22,035 bases of DNA from a virus. The notes under the pieces were generated by a model. The model had not been told where the DNA came from, made no database searches, and worked only from the letters and a program-made list of their open reading frames with translations. The position numbers and the translations under genes were made by a program. Location of the stretch: the UHGV virus genome UHGV-0200595; one strand, 5' to 3'. Shown piece after piece: positions 6,793 to 16,619 of the stretch. Positions within the stretch are counted from its first letter, which is position 1; each line of letters begins with the position of its first letter.

Positions 6793-7044
6793 GTGATTCC
6801 GTATCAAAAAGTTGAGTCTCTGGCTGCGTGCCGTATGACACCGCAGCAGATAGCCGATGCTCTCGATATCGACCTGGATGAGCTGAAACAGGATCGGGAA
6901 TGCCTCGGAAAATTTTATAAGTACATCAGAAAAGGAAGAGCCAAAGGCGAAGCCGAACTGAGGGCTGCGCTGTTCAAGCGTGCCCGGAAAGGCGATGCCT
7001 TTGCCCTGCGCGAATTACTCAAGGTGGATAAAAATCAGGACTAA
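6793..7044 (+). CDS. Small hypothetical protein, possible HTH DNA-binding (83 aa)
   Basis: GTG start 6 nt after AGGGGG SD; basic, helical sequence upstream of terminase small subunit; an internal ATG is an alternative start. Confidence 0.4.
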   Translation: MIPYQKVESLAACRMTPQQIADALDIDLDELKQDRECLGKFYKYIRKGRAKGEAELRAALFKRARKGDAFALRELLKVDKNQD

Positions 7045-7047
7045 CTG

Positions 7048-8127
7048 ATGAGCAGACAGGACTGGGTTGCATTGCGGCAGGAGTACATCGCTGAATACAC
7101 CCGATCCGGCATATCCCAGGAAGAATGGTGTAAAGCGAAGGGATTAAATTACAACACTGCTCGCCGCTACCTGAAAAAACCAACCAATGATACGCAAACC
7201 GAAGTGCGCAAAACTGCGCAAAAAGGTGCGCAAAAGAAAACTGCGCAAACTGCGCAAAAGCGAACCGACAAAACAGGGAAGAAAAAATCCAGAGTGATGG
7301 TTTCTCCCGTTGCAGAAAACGACCAGGAAATTTCATTCGATCCCGATGAATTCGGCATTTCAGACCAGCAGGCGAAGTTTGCGATGCTGGTTGCTCAGGG
7401 TAAAAACCTCATCGAAGCATACCGCCTGGCTGGGTATAAATCTGAGGGGAATGCGGCGAGCGCCGGGGCAAGCCAGTTATTAAGAAATACTAAGGTTTAT
7501 CGCGCCATCTCCTGGTTCCGTAATCAGTACCAGAAACGTTACACCGCTGACCTCGATTTACTGGTGGGCCAGCTTATGTCCATTGTCATGGCTGACCCGA
7601 ACGAACTGGCACAATTTCGGCGTGTTAACTGCCGTTATTGTTGGGGTGAAAATCACCTCTATCAGTGGCGTGATATAGAGGAGTTCGACAAAGCCGCAGA
7701 GAAGGCCAGCAAGGACGGTAAGCCTGTGCCTGAGTACGGTGGCCTCGGATTCGTTGATAACGCCATACCCAATCCGGACTGCCCGAAATGCTGCGGTGAG
7801 GGGCGGGGTGAAATCCATATTGCCGATACCACCATGCTTGATGGCGATGCGCGACTGCTTTACGCCGGGGCTAAGTACGGGAAATTCGGCGTCGAAATAC
7901 TGATGGAGGACAAGGGTGCAGCGCGCCGCGAACTTCTGAAGTATCTGGCGACGGTGAAAAAAACGTTGCCGGAAAATGGTGAAGGATCTGCAAATACGGA
8001 TCTGGATGATGAATGGAAACGCCTTCGCAATGAAAAACTGCGCACCGAGATTGAGAATCTCAAGAAAGGCGCTGGTGGCGCTATCCCGATTGAAACATCA
8101 ACGATGAGCACTTTATTCGGAAAATGA
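7048..8127 (+). CDS. Terminase small subunit (Terminase_2/P27-like core) with N-terminal HTH, basic TAQK-repeat linker and Cys4 zinc-ribbon-like motif (359 aa)
   Basis: ISDQQAKFAMLVAQGKNLIEAYRLAGYKSEGNAASAGASQLL matches small-terminase family pattern; CRYCWGE...CPKCCGE; stop overlaps terminase large subunit start. Confidence 0.7.
   Translation: MSRQDWVALRQEYIAEYTRSGISQEEWCKAKGLNYNTARRYLKKPTNDTQTEVRKTAQKGAQKKTAQTAQKRTDKTGKKKSRVMVSPVAENDQEISFDPDEFGISDQQAKFAMLVAQGKNLIEAYRLAGYKSEGNAASAGASQLLRNTKVYRAISWFRNQYQKRYTADLDLLVGQLMSIVMADPNELAQFRRVNCRYCWGENHLYQWRDIEEFDKAAEKASKDGKPVPEYGGLGFVDNAIPNPDCPKCCGEGRGEIHIADTTMLDGDARLLYAGAKYGKFGVEILMEDKGAARRELLKYLATVKKTLPENGEGSANTDLDDEWKRLRNEKLRTEIENLKKGAGGAIPIETSTMSTLFGK
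7205..7260 (+). repeat. Short tandem repeat (about 5 copies of TGCGCAAA-like unit) inside the terminase small subunit gene
   Basis: Repeated ctgcgcaaa units encode the KTAQKGAQKKTAQTAQK low-complexity linker. Confidence 0.7.
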
Positions 8128-9539
8128 CCTCGATTAACCCAATCTTTGAACCGTTCATTGAGGCGCATCGCTACAAAGTCGCCAAGGGAGGCCGGGGTAG
8201 CGGTAAGTCATGGGCTATTGCAAGACTGCTGGTTGAAGCATCGCGTCGACAGCCGGTACGCATCCTGTGCGCTCGTGAACTGCAAAACAGCATCAGCGAC
8301 TCGGTAATCCGCTTGCTTGACGACACTATAGTGCGTGAAGGGTATTCGGCAGAGTTCGAAATACAGCGTTCTATGATTCGCCATCTCGGAACCAATGCTG
8401 AATTCATGTTCTACGGCATCAAAAACAACCCGACGAAAATTAAATCGCTCGAAGGTATTGATATTTGCTGGGTGGAAGAAGCAGAAGCGGTAACGAAGGA
8501 ATCATGGGATATCCTGATACCAACCATCCGCAAGCCGTTCTCTGAAATATGGGTGAGCTTTAACCCGAAGAACATCCTCGACGATACCTACCAGCGATTC
8601 GTCGTAAATCCTCCAGATGATATTTGTTTGCTGACGGTTAACTACACCGACAATCCTCACTTTCCCGAAGTTCTCCGGCTGGAGATGGAAGAGTGCAAAC
8701 GCAGAAATCCGACACTGTATCGTCATATCTGGCTGGGTGAGCCGGTAAGCGCAAGTGATATGGCAATCATCAAACGTGAATGGCTTGAAGCTGCAACCGA
8801 TGCACACAAGAAACTCGGATGGAAAGCGAAAGGCGCGGTTGTTTCTGCGCATGACCCATCAGATACAGGGCCAGATGCTAAAGGTTACGCGTCCCGCCAC
8901 GGTTCGGTTGTTAAGCGGATTGCTGAAGGTCTGTTGATGGACATCAACGAAGGCGCTGACTGGGCTACATCGCTGGCTATTGAAGATGGCTCAGACCATT
9001 ACTTGTGGGATGGCGATGGCATTGGTGCTGGTCTTCGCAGGCAGACAACTGAAGCGTTCTCCGGCAAAAAAATTACCGCAACGATGTTCAAGGGTAGCGA
9101 GTCGCCATTCGATGAAGATGCACTATATCAGGCCGGAGCATGGGCCGATGAAGTCGTGCAGGGTGACAACGTTCGCACTATTGGTGATGTGTTCCGCAAT
9201 AAGCGAGCGCAATTTTATTACGCGCTGGCTGACAGGCTGTATCTGACATATCGGGCGGTTGTCTACGGTGAGTATGCAGACCCCGACGACATGCTGAGTT
9301 TCGACAAAGAAGCGATAGGCGAGAAGATGCTGGAGAAGCTGTTTGCAGAACTGACGCAGATTCAGCGCAAATTCAATAACAACGGGAAGCTGGAGCTTAT
9401 GACTAAGGTCGAAATGAAGCAGAAGCTCGGTATTCCATCTCCTAACCTGGCTGATGCACTGATGATGTGTATGCATTGCCCTGAGCTGGCAGCGCAACCT
9501 GACTATTCCAGTTACTCAATTCCTTGTGGTGTAGGTTGA
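8124..9539 (+). CDS. Terminase large subunit, PBSX-type (471 aa)
   Basis: N-terminal Walker A KGGRGSGKS, ICWVEEAE Walker B-like; size and position typical. Confidence 0.9.
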   Translation: MTSINPIFEPFIEAHRYKVAKGGRGSGKSWAIARLLVEASRRQPVRILCARELQNSISDSVIRLLDDTIVREGYSAEFEIQRSMIRHLGTNAEFMFYGIKNNPTKIKSLEGIDICWVEEAEAVTKESWDILIPTIRKPFSEIWVSFNPKNILDDTYQRFVVNPPDDICLLTVNYTDNPHFPEVLRLEMEECKRRNPTLYRHIWLGEPVSASDMAIIKREWLEAATDAHKKLGWKAKGAVVSAHDPSDTGPDAKGYASRHGSVVKRIAEGLLMDINEGADWATSLAIEDGSDHYLWDGDGIGAGLRRQTTEAFSGKKITATMFKGSESPFDEDALYQAGAWADEVVQGDNVRTIGDVFRNKRAQFYYALADRLYLTYRAVVYGEYADPDDMLSFDKEAIGEKMLEKLFAELTQIQRKFNNNGKLELMTKVEMKQKLGIPSPNLADALMMCMHCPELAAQPDYSSYSIPCGVG

Positions 9540-9540
9540 T

Positions 9541-11739
9541 ATGGCAGAAAAAAAGATGACTGAATGGCATCGCAGAGTGCTACGCAACTTCGATAAAGCC
9601 TGGTCAGCAACGCAGGATATGCGAAAACAAATTGTCACGGCGCAGCGATTTGTCAGGGTATCCGGTGCCCAGTGGGAGGGCAGTACTAATGCGGGATATT
9701 CTTTTGATGAGGGGCGATTTGAGCATTACCCGCGCTTTGAATTGAATAAAATTGCTCGTGAGTGTGATCGCATCATTGGCGAGTATCGCCAGAACCGTAT
9801 CAGCGTTAAATTCAGGCCGAAGGATGATAAAGCGTCAGAAGCATTGGCTGAGAAGATGAACGGTAAGTTCCGCGCCGATTATCAGGAAACATCCGGTGGA
9901 GAGGCGTGTGATAACGCGTTTGATGATGCTGTAACGGGGGGATTTGGCTGCTTCCGTATGTGTGCTGACTACGAAGATGAGATGGACCCGAGTAATGAGC
10001 AGCGACGCATCAGCCTTCTCCCTGTTTACGACCCAGCGACATGCGTCTTCTTCGATCAGGACAGCAAGCAATATGACCGCTCTGATGCTATGTGGGCTAT
10101 GGAAATGTTCTCCATGACGCCCAAAGCGTTCGAGGCTGAGTATCCTGATTCCATCGCTGCGAGTCTCTCACGTGACGACACTGGCACACAATATGACTGG
10201 TCGACACCAGATGCTATTTATGTTGGGCGCTATTACGAAGTTCGTATTGAGAAGGTCAGGCTCACCGCATGGCGCAACACGGTTAGTGGAGAAACGGCAA
10301 TCTATGATGAGGAGCAAATCAAAGACATTGTCGATGAGTTAACTGATGGTGCTTTTGAAATAATTGGTGAGCGCACGGTGAAGAAACGCCGTGTCTATTG
10401 CGGCCTACTGTCAGGTGCTGAATGGCTGGATGAACCCAAGCGTATCCCAGGTGAGCATATCCCACTTATTCCGGTCTATGGTCGCCGCTCATTTGTTGAT
10501 AATCAGGAGCGCATTGAAGGTCATGCAGCAAAAGCGATGGATGCGCAACGTCTTGAGAACCTGATGGTTTCCATGATTGCAGATAACGCTACCCAGGCTG
10601 GCGGCGATGGTATCCCTATCGTGGATGTTGATTTTATTCCTGGTCCTTTAATGAATCACTGGGCAGAGAGGAATAAGAACAGGCCAGCTGTTCTACCCAT
10701 GACCAGTAAGAAGGACAAAAACGGAGCAATTATTTCACAGGCTCAGGTAGCCGGATGGACTCCTCCAACTCAGATGCCTCCTGCTCTTGCCGGACTGTTG
10801 CAGTACACCGGGACAGCTATTCAGCAAATTACAGGTGCGTCGCAGCTTGAGAACATGCCGAGCAACGTTGCTACCGATACCGTTGATAGCATCTTTAACC
10901 GGATGGACACGCAGTCCTATATCTACATGGACAACATGGCTAAATCCATGCGCCGCGCTGGCGTCGTGTGGCTTTCTATGGCGCGTGAAGTCTATGGCAG
11001 CGATACGCCGATGCGTATCGTTAATGAGGACGGCAGCGATGATGTGGCACTGATGACTGGCGAAGTGGTTGACCGCCAGACAGGGCAGGTTATTGCGCTA
11101 AATGACCTGTCGCATGGCAACTATGAAGTTACTGTCGATGTCGGTCAGTCATTCGCCACTCGCCGTGATGCGACAGTTAAGTCGTTACTTTCCATGCTGT
11201 CACTTATTCCGCCAGGAACACCGAAACATGACCTGGTGTCTTCCATGATTCTCGACAACATGGATGGCGAGGGTATTGATGACCTGAAAGAGTTCAACCG
11301 AAATCAGTTGCTTCTGTCTGGCGTTATTAAGCCACGAACACCCGAAGAGCAGCAAATGGTTGAACAAGCCAGACAGCAACAGGCAAGCCAGCCTGACCCG
11401 GCAATGTTGGCTGCACAAGGTCAGTTCCTTGCAGGACAAGCGGAATTGCAAAGAGCGCAGAACGAACAGGCAGCCATTCAGGTTAAAGCATTCCAGGCTC
11501 AAACAGATGCACAGGTTGCAGCGGCAAACGTTGTGAAAATCCTTGCATCTGCCGATAGCCAGCAGAAGTCTGATATCCGTGAGGCTCTGAAACTCCTCGG
11601 ACAGTTCCAGCAACAGCAAGGAGACAATGCCCGTGCTGATGCAGAGCTTGTTTTGAAGGGGCAGGCACAAGGGCATGCACAGCGCATGGATATCAGCAGC
11701 ATCCTGCAAAAAACCACGCATCAACAACCACAGCAGTAA
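9541..11739 (+). CDS. Portal protein, P22 gp1-like (732 aa)
   Basis: Clear similarity along the length to my recollection of P22 portal, including C-terminal PDPAMLAAQGQFLAGQAELQRAQNEQ and DNARADAELVLKGQAQGHAQRMDISSILQ barrel segment. Confidence 0.9.
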   Translation: MAEKKMTEWHRRVLRNFDKAWSATQDMRKQIVTAQRFVRVSGAQWEGSTNAGYSFDEGRFEHYPRFELNKIARECDRIIGEYRQNRISVKFRPKDDKASEALAEKMNGKFRADYQETSGGEACDNAFDDAVTGGFGCFRMCADYEDEMDPSNEQRRISLLPVYDPATCVFFDQDSKQYDRSDAMWAMEMFSMTPKAFEAEYPDSIAASLSRDDTGTQYDWSTPDAIYVGRYYEVRIEKVRLTAWRNTVSGETAIYDEEQIKDIVDELTDGAFEIIGERTVKKRRVYCGLLSGAEWLDEPKRIPGEHIPLIPVYGRRSFVDNQERIEGHAAKAMDAQRLENLMVSMIADNATQAGGDGIPIVDVDFIPGPLMNHWAERNKNRPAVLPMTSKKDKNGAIISQAQVAGWTPPTQMPPALAGLLQYTGTAIQQITGASQLENMPSNVATDTVDSIFNRMDTQSYIYMDNMAKSMRRAGVVWLSMAREVYGSDTPMRIVNEDGSDDVALMTGEVVDRQTGQVIALNDLSHGNYEVTVDVGQSFATRRDATVKSLLSMLSLIPPGTPKHDLVSSMILDNMDGEGIDDLKEFNRNQLLLSGVIKPRTPEEQQMVEQARQQQASQPDPAMLAAQGQFLAGQAELQRAQNEQAAIQVKAFQAQTDAQVAAANVVKILASADSQQKSDIREALKLLGQFQQQQGDNARADAELVLKGQAQGHAQRMDISSILQKTTHQQPQQ

Positions 11740-11829
11740 TTAACCCATAACGTGCAATGGCTGTCTTTATGAGGCCGGGCACCCTATTGCCTTCCGATGG
11801 GCTGAACATCGAGTAAACAGGGGTAACAA

Positions 11830-12723
11830 ATGGACCAGATGGCAGAAAACACACCAGAAGTTGAAATCGAAACCGACACGTCAGAGCAGATCCCTGACGA
11901 TGTTGAACTGGCTGAAGAAGTCGAAACAGAAGATGACGGTGAGTCCTCCGGCGATGATGCAGAGGAAGTTGCTGAATCTGATGACGACGAATCAGAGCAG
12001 GAATTCTACTTTGGTGACGAAAAGCTGGATTCGCCAACCAGCGAGGATGGGGCAGGGCATGGACTGGTAAAACATCTGCGCAGGACGATTAAAGAGAAAG
12101 ACCGTGAGCTAAAAGAGCTAATGCGTCAGTCTCAGAAACCCGTCGAGCAGCAGCCGGTAATCACTCAACCACCGCGAATGCCAAAAATGGATGATGAGGA
12201 CATCGGTTTCGATGAAGAACTCTACCAGCAACGCATGGCTAAGTGGGCAGAGGACAACGGCAGATACCAGCAACAGGAGATGGCCCGTAAGCAGCAGGAA
12301 CAGGCGTTTCAGGCTGCCTATCAGGACCGGGTATCTAAATATCAGCAACGAGTAAAGAGCCTCAAAGTTCCCGGATATCAGGAAGCTGAACAGGCCGTGC
12401 TTGATGAAATACCTATCGAGACACAAAACGCGATCCTGTTTGAGTCAGAAAAGCCGGAAATCGTTGTTCTGGCACTTGGTCGCAACGCTGAACTGCGCAA
12501 GCAACTGGCTGAAGCCACCAACCCCGTAGCAATTGGTCGTCTGCTGGAACGTATCGAATCGAAAGCCAGAATCATGCCAAAAGCAAAAACCGCAGCCGCC
12601 ACAACCCCGACAGTCAAGGGGAGCAACGGCGCACTTATTAATAACCTCGACAAACTGAAAGCCAGGGCGCGAGAAACGGGGGACTGGACGCCGTATTTCG
12701 CCGCTAAAAAGGCAAAAAAATAA
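11830..12723 (+). CDS. Scaffolding protein, P22 gp8-like (297 aa)
   Basis: Highly acidic N-terminus, helical Q/E/K-rich body, basic C-terminus; located between portal and coat genes. Confidence 0.75.
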   Translation: MDQMAENTPEVEIETDTSEQIPDDVELAEEVETEDDGESSGDDAEEVAESDDDESEQEFYFGDEKLDSPTSEDGAGHGLVKHLRRTIKEKDRELKELMRQSQKPVEQQPVITQPPRMPKMDDEDIGFDEELYQQRMAKWAEDNGRYQQQEMARKQQEQAFQAAYQDRVSKYQQRVKSLKVPGYQEAEQAVLDEIPIETQNAILFESEKPEIVVLALGRNAELRKQLAEATNPVAIGRLLERIESKARIMPKAKTAAATTPTVKGSNGALINNLDKLKARARETGDWTPYFAAKKAKK

Positions 12724-12741
12724 CTTATCGGAGCATTAAGC

Positions 12742-13995
12742 ATGGCTAACCAATTAGTAAAAGATCTGGAGATCATGTTCGAAAACTACATTGAAGGCTT
12801 TGAGGCCGCCTGCGTAGTTTCCCGTAACGCTAAAAAATTCCGCCCCGGTGATACTGTAATGCAGCGGGCCGGTGATGTCCTGTATCGTCCTCAGCATTAC
12901 CACATGAATATTGAGGAAGGTCTGGACCTCAGCGGCAAAACACCCACCGCGCTGGTTCAGCGTTTGGTTCCTTCTGTGTTCAAGGAGCCGAAAAACATTC
13001 TGTACACTCTGGATGCACGTGAAATGCGCGACCCTGAACATAAAACAGAGGCTGGTCGTGCTGCTGGTATGCGTCTTGCTGCACAGATTGACTCTGACAT
13101 TATCTCCATGGTCACGCAACGTGCTACCAACGTGCTTTCGATGGCAGACTCAACTACAGGTACGCAGGGGCGTGATTTGTGGAACTGTGCGGCTGGTATT
13201 GATGCCATTATGACAGCAATCGGTGTACCGCAGGGTATCAACCGTCGCTCTTTCTGGAACCCCTTCAACTACAAAGACCTTGCTGGCGAGCTTGGTCACC
13301 GTGCATACGCACAGGGCACAACCCTGACTGCTTATGAGAAAGCGCAGATTCCTCCCGTTGCGTCCTTCGATAGCTACAAGACCGATATTTCTGGTCGAGT
13401 TCCGAAGGGTACAGCAACTTCCCTGACGCTGGCGGCTGAACCTGCGCACAAGGTTGAAGCGAAAGATGCCAACGATATGCCAGTGGACAACCGACAGGGG
13501 ACCATTACGGTATCTGCTGAAGGTTTGCAGGTTGGCGATGCGTTTACCATTGCAGGGGTGAATTCCGTACACCAGATCACTAAAGATACCACCGGGCAGC
13601 CGCAGGTATTCCGCGTTCTGGCAGTTAGCGGAACGATGGTAACTATCTCCCCGAAAATTCTGCCGCCTGACAACGCGGATGTCGCCAGCCGTCCATATGC
13701 CAACGTTGATGCTAACGCGGCAAGTGGCGCAGCAATCACCATTCTCAACAAGAACGCAGCACCTGCTAACCTGTTCTGGGCTGACGGTTCTGTTGAACTG
13801 ATGTACGGCAAACTGGCGTTCCCGACTGGTCAGGGGCCGCAGGTAATGACAGCAACCACTGAGCAGGGAGCAACGCTGATCATGTCTTACGCTTTCGACC
13901 ACATCAAAGGCGTAACCACAGCACGCTTCACTACCCTGTACGGTTGCTCTGTATTGGTCCCTGAATACACGGGCATCGTTATTGCCGGGCAGTAA
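12742..13995 (+). CDS. Major coat protein, P22 gp5-like (417 aa)
   Basis: Position, size, and local similarity to P22 coat (PYANVDANAASGAAITILNKNAAPANLFWADGSVEL); followed by a strong terminator. Confidence 0.8.
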   Translation: MANQLVKDLEIMFENYIEGFEAACVVSRNAKKFRPGDTVMQRAGDVLYRPQHYHMNIEEGLDLSGKTPTALVQRLVPSVFKEPKNILYTLDAREMRDPEHKTEAGRAAGMRLAAQIDSDIISMVTQRATNVLSMADSTTGTQGRDLWNCAAGIDAIMTAIGVPQGINRRSFWNPFNYKDLAGELGHRAYAQGTTLTAYEKAQIPPVASFDSYKTDISGRVPKGTATSLTLAAEPAHKVEAKDANDMPVDNRQGTITVSAEGLQVGDAFTIAGVNSVHQITKDTTGQPQVFRVLAVSGTMVTISPKILPPDNADVASRPYANVDANAASGAAITILNKNAAPANLFWADGSVELMYGKLAFPTGQGPQVMTATTEQGATLIMSYAFDHIKGVTTARFTTLYGCSVLVPEYTGIVIAGQ

Positions 13996-14000
13996 TCTTA

Positions 14001-14022
14001 ATGGGGCTTCGGCCCCATTTTT
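14001..14022 (+). terminator. Rho-independent terminator after coat gene (7-bp stem atggggc/gccccat, UUCG-type loop, T-run)
   Basis: Perfect inverted repeat with ttcg loop followed by ttttt; probably partial, to set coat vs downstream stoichiometry. Confidence 0.65.
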
Positions 14023-14036
14023 ATTGGGAGAAGACA

Positions 14037-14225
14037 ATGGCACGAACAATGCTCTACAAGCCTGGCCGCATGATTACCTGCGGTCAGTTGGCTGTCGATT
14101 ACATCATTGTGGATGATGACGAAGTTAAATCTCATCTGAAAAAAGGGTGGGTGAGGACCCCTGAAGAAACCACTGCGAAGCAAAAAGACGCGAAGGCAGA
14201 AGAAGATGGCAAAAACAAAGGGTGA
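14037..14225 (+). CDS. Small hypothetical protein (62 aa) between coat and gp4 genes
   Basis: GGGAG SD then ATG at 14037; 3' end overlaps gp4-like start by 20 nt; P22-like phages carry a small ORF at this position as I recall. Confidence 0.4.
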   Translation: MARTMLYKPGRMITCGQLAVDYIIVDDDEVKSHLKKGWVRTPEETTAKQKDAKAEEDGKNKG

Positions 14226-14670
14226 TCTCGTTCTTAAGGCTTTGCGAAAAGCTGGGCTTTACTCAGAGACAACGGTGACGCTTGCTGAACCACAGGATAT
14301 CAGCAATGCGTTGATTGACCTGGAAGACATGATGGCTGCATGGCAGGCAAATGGCATTGAGCTTGGGTATAATTTTGCCCCGGATGACGAAAAACCAACG
14401 CCTCACGATGAGTCAGGACTACCTGCATGGGCTTACGAGGGAGTCTCACTTAAACTGGCCGTTCAAATGTGCATTGACAACGTTATCGTGCCTTCCGACA
14501 TCCTCCTGACCGCAGCCGACAATGCCTACCAGACAATATGTATTTCACTTACCACTATCCCCTCTCTTGCACGCCGTAGCGATATGCCACGAGGTGCTGG
14601 CAACAAAGGCGCTTTTGCCAGAAATGAGTTTTACAACGAATGCAAAACGCCTGGCACGCGAGGTGACTAA
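14206..14670 (+). CDS. Head-completion / tail accessory factor, P22 gp4-like (154 aa)
   Basis: N-terminus MAKTKGDLVLKALRKAGL...EPQDISNALIDLEDMMAAWQ parallels P22 gp4. Confidence 0.8.
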   Translation: MAKTKGDLVLKALRKAGLYSETTVTLAEPQDISNALIDLEDMMAAWQANGIELGYNFAPDDEKPTPHDESGLPAWAYEGVSLKLAVQMCIDNVIVPSDILLTAADNAYQTICISLTTIPSLARRSDMPRGAGNKGAFARNEFYNECKTPGTRGD

Positions 14671-16098
14671 ATGCCGGTTCAGCAATTACCTCTGATTAAG
14701 GGAACGGGGAAAGACTTTGCCGAAGCTGATTACATTGATGCCATTCCGGTCAACATGCTGGCAACTCCCAGAGAACTCCCCAGCGCAGCCGGATACATGC
14801 GCTCTTTCCCGGGAATAAAGAAACGCGCGGATGTTGAGGGAAAATCAAGAGGAGTTATTTACAACACCAGAGAGAACATTCTCTACCGTGTTCTGGGGGG
14901 CCGTGTCTATCGCGGGGAAAAAATCATCGGCTATGCACAGGGGGCCGGACGTGTGTCGCTGGCGTGCAGCGCCACCAGTCAGGCGGTCGCCGCTAATAGT
15001 GAAATGATTTTGTTTCGCTATGACGGCACAGTGAAGTGGCTGGAGAACTGGCCGGAGAAAGAGGACGGTGTTGAATATGCCCAGTATGAAATTGGCTCTG
15101 TAAGGGATATCTGTCGTGCCGGGGCCCGGTATGTGTGGATTAAAGATGGCTCTGACCTGTTTGGGGTGACAGACCTGGAGGATGAGTCACACCCTGACAG
15201 ATTCCGGCCATTTTACCGGGCAAACTCTCAGCCTGATGGCATAAGGGCGGTTGCGGAGTGGAAGGGGTTTATTGTCTGCTTTGGTTCATCAAGTATTGAG
15301 TATTTTTCCCTGACAGGGGCGACGGGGGCCACCTCACCGCTCTATGTGGCAAATAACTCCCTGACAGTAAATAAAGGTATTGCCGGGACACACTGCAAGG
15401 CACCGTTCGCCGGGGCGTATGCATTCATCAGTAGCGCTGCCTCTGGCCTGCCGTCCGTTTATCTTGTTGATGCGGGGCAGTTGCAAAAAATAGCCACTCC
15501 GACGATTGAAAGGGTGCTGAGGGGGTACACAGCTGATGAGCTGGCAACGAGCTCGCTTGAGTCCTTAAGTCTCGACGCTCACGAGTTACTGATAATGCAT
15601 CTGCCGCGACACACCCTGTGTTATGACATGAGTGCGAGTCAGAACGGGCCGCAATGGTGCCTTCTAAAAAGTGGCGTCGGTGATGATGTGTATCGGGGTA
15701 TTGATTTTCACTATGACGGAAGTGCCATCACGGTAGGGGATAAACAGCTGCCTGTCCTGGGAGAGTTAAGTTTTGATATTTCATCGCAGTACGACTCGCC
15801 GACAGAGCACCTGTTATTCACCCCCATGATAAAGGTTCCTGACAAAAGACTGTTCGATTTTGAGGTGGAAGCCATAACCGGCTTTACCGGAGATGATGAA
15901 AGATTTTTCCTTTCCACGACTTTTGACGGACTCACTTTCGGGCGGGAGGTGATGGTTCCCTACAGCCGCAGGCACCAGTATGACAGACGGATAAGGTGGC
16001 CGCGTATCGGCCGGGTCAGGCGAAACGTTGGCTTTAAGCTCAGGTTCGTGTCGCTGGCACCTTTATCTGTCTCGGGTTGTACCGTAAGGATTGAATGA
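14671..16098 (+). CDS. Tail accessory factor, P22 gp10-like (475 aa)
   Basis: Strong similarity to P22 gp10 throughout (MPVQQLPLIKGTGKDFAEADYIDAIPVNMLATP; DLEDESHPDR; GFIVCFGSSSIEYFSLTGAT; FDISSQYD; HLLFTP). Confidence 0.9.
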   Translation: MPVQQLPLIKGTGKDFAEADYIDAIPVNMLATPRELPSAAGYMRSFPGIKKRADVEGKSRGVIYNTRENILYRVLGGRVYRGEKIIGYAQGAGRVSLACSATSQAVAANSEMILFRYDGTVKWLENWPEKEDGVEYAQYEIGSVRDICRAGARYVWIKDGSDLFGVTDLEDESHPDRFRPFYRANSQPDGIRAVAEWKGFIVCFGSSSIEYFSLTGATGATSPLYVANNSLTVNKGIAGTHCKAPFAGAYAFISSAASGLPSVYLVDAGQLQKIATPTIERVLRGYTADELATSSLESLSLDAHELLIMHLPRHTLCYDMSASQNGPQWCLLKSGVGDDVYRGIDFHYDGSAITVGDKQLPVLGELSFDISSQYDSPTEHLLFTPMIKVPDKRLFDFEVEAITGFTGDDERFFLSTTFDGLTFGREVMVPYSRRHQYDRRIRWPRIGRVRRNVGFKLRFVSLAPLSVSGCTVRIE

Positions 16099-16619
16099 TG
16101 GCGAACGAGAAACTACTGACAGATTTTCCACTTTTTAACGGCCAGTTAACCCCCTCCATGCTGCCGGGAAACTTTACGGCCAGTTATCGGCTCCATGTTC
16201 TGACGCAGGCAGACCACTCTCAGTCATCCTCTGAGTTTCTGCGATTTGTCGCCAGAGAAACCCATGATGCGCAGGTGGTCAATGATGAACAGGATAATTC
16301 TATCGCTGCGCTACAGGAAGACTATGTCTCGAAGTCAGCAGAGGAGACGCAGCGTATAACCTCATCTCTGGATGTGGGCGGAGAATATCTTGTTAAGGGA
16401 CAAAAAGTGGTGGGGCCGCGGGATACCGGCTGGCGCGCATCCATTGGAAAAGCATCAAAGGCCGGAATCAACGGGAGCACTACTTATACGGTCGGAACAA
16501 GCTACTCGCAGTCACAGGTTCAGGCTATTGCGAAAGGTCTGGAAGAGTTGCGGCAGTGGGCCGTGGCTATACAGACAGCGATGGGGGCGGCATCCGGTCA
16601 CGGGCTGATTAACGAATGA
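16095..16619 (+). CDS. Tail needle protein, P22 gp26-like (174 aa)
   Basis: VVNDEQD, LQEDYVSKSAEETQ, SQVQAIAKGLEEL match gp26 N-terminal and coiled-coil motifs; shorter than P22 gp26 as I recall it. Confidence 0.8.
   Translation: MMANEKLLTDFPLFNGQLTPSMLPGNFTASYRLHVLTQADHSQSSSEFLRFVARETHDAQVVNDEQDNSIAALQEDYVSKSAEETQRITSSLDVGGEYLVKGQKVVGPRDTGWRASIGKASKAGINGSTTYTVGTSYSQSQVQAIAKGLEELRQWAVAIQTAMGAASGHGLINE

Noticed and set aside
7205-7260. Tandem repeat considered as a CRISPR-like or regulatory repeat
   Set aside because: Units are about 9 bp, in-frame and coding (TAQK linker) within the terminase small subunit gene; no spacer-repeat architecture anywhere in the window
11200-11727. 175-aa and nested reverse-strand ORFs
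   Set aside because: Antisense to the conserved portal gene C-terminus; Cys/Leu-rich low-complexity translation; shadow ORFs
13150-14049. 299-aa reverse-strand ORF
   Set aside because: Lies entirely within the well-supported coat gene on the opposite strand; no SD; typical shadow ORF in GC-rich coding DNA
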